The position numbers and the translations under genes are program-made. The notes beneath the pieces were generated by a model. That model saw only the letters and a program-made list of their open reading frames with translations. It was not told the origin of the DNA and made no database searches. This document shows positions 29,590 to 30,135 of a DNA stretch of 30,135 nt, piece by piece (the first letter of the stretch is position 1; each line of letters starts with the position of its first letter). The DNA is from Fusobacteriota bacterium (GTDB lineage: Bacteria > Fusobacteriota > Fusobacteriia > Fusobacteriales > JBNJFI01). The stretch lies in the NCBI GenBank assembly GCA_051746725.1, contig JBNJFI010000016.1, forward strand, positions 1 through 30,135. The letters run 5' to 3'.

Positions 29590-30135
29590 ATGGAAAAAAT
29601 AATAAAAGGAAAAGCCTATGTATTAGGTGATAATATAGATACAGATCAGATAATACCTGCAAAACATCTTGTTTATAAAATGGATGACGAAGAAGAGTCT
29701 AAATTATACGGTAAATATGCAATGTCAGGTTTACCAGCTAAAATAACTGAAAATAATGAATTTATAGAAGAAGGGAAATTTAAATCAATATATACATTTA
29801 TGGTTGCTGGAAAAAACTTTGGGTGTGGATCTAGTAGAGAACATGCTCCATATGCTTTGGAAAAAGCAGGGATAAAAGCTGTTATAGCAGAGGACTATGC
29901 AAGAATATTTTATAGAAACTCTGTAGATGGCGGGTTTATAACACCTTTGGAAACTCCTGTTAGATTATGTGATGAAATCAAAACTGGAGACGAATTAGAA
30001 GTTAATACTGAAGAGTTTACATTGAAAAATTTAACATCTGGGAAAGAATATAATTTAAAAGATTTAGGAGATGTTAAGGATATAATTGAAGCTGGTGGGC
30101 TTTTTGATTATGCCAAACAAGAAGGTATAATATAA
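29590..30135 (+). CDS. leuD: 3-isopropylmalate dehydratase / aconitase-family small subunit
   Basis: DNIDTDQIIPA, NFGCGSSREHAP, YARIFYRN, IIEAGGLF. Confidence 0.88.
   Translation: MEKIIKGKAYVLGDNIDTDQIIPAKHLVYKMDDEEESKLYGKYAMSGLPAKITENNEFIEEGKFKSIYTFMVAGKNFGCGSSREHAPYALEKAGIKAVIAEDYARIFYRNSVDGGFITPLETPVRLCDEIKTGDELEVNTEEFTLKNLTSGKEYNLKDLGDVKDIIEAGGLFDYAKQEGII

Overview
Very AT-rich bacterial chromosomal segment with all credible genes on the + strand. The styles of GltX, Pgm and the MCPs suggest a free-living, chemotactic Fusobacteriota-like anaerobe (inference, not verified). Gene order: purE, sua5/tsaC, a His kinase + REC + REC-TPR + two TrkA + TrkH K+ uptake cluster, pyrF, hypothetical, NAD-type icd, an orphan GspE/PilB ATPase, thrB (APH type), a secreted hypothetical, prfB (+1 programmed frameshift), a degenerate 5'-nucleotidase-like protein, a DUF2993/LmeA-like protein, gltX, pgm, two tandem sCache_2 MCPs, cobO/btuR, ppdK, a BspA-type LRR protein, leuC and leuD. 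The main unannotated signal is a family of short non-coding insertions (19679-19933, 29334-29562, and a right end at 1-58). The two complete copies have ~15-bp terminal inverted repeats (TAGnnrGTTGCAAA...TTTGCAAyTAGCTA) and 11-12-bp target-site duplications, and carry different GTAG/GTAA-type REP-like hairpins as internal cargo. All three copies share one orientation and end 27-28 nt upstream of a start codon.
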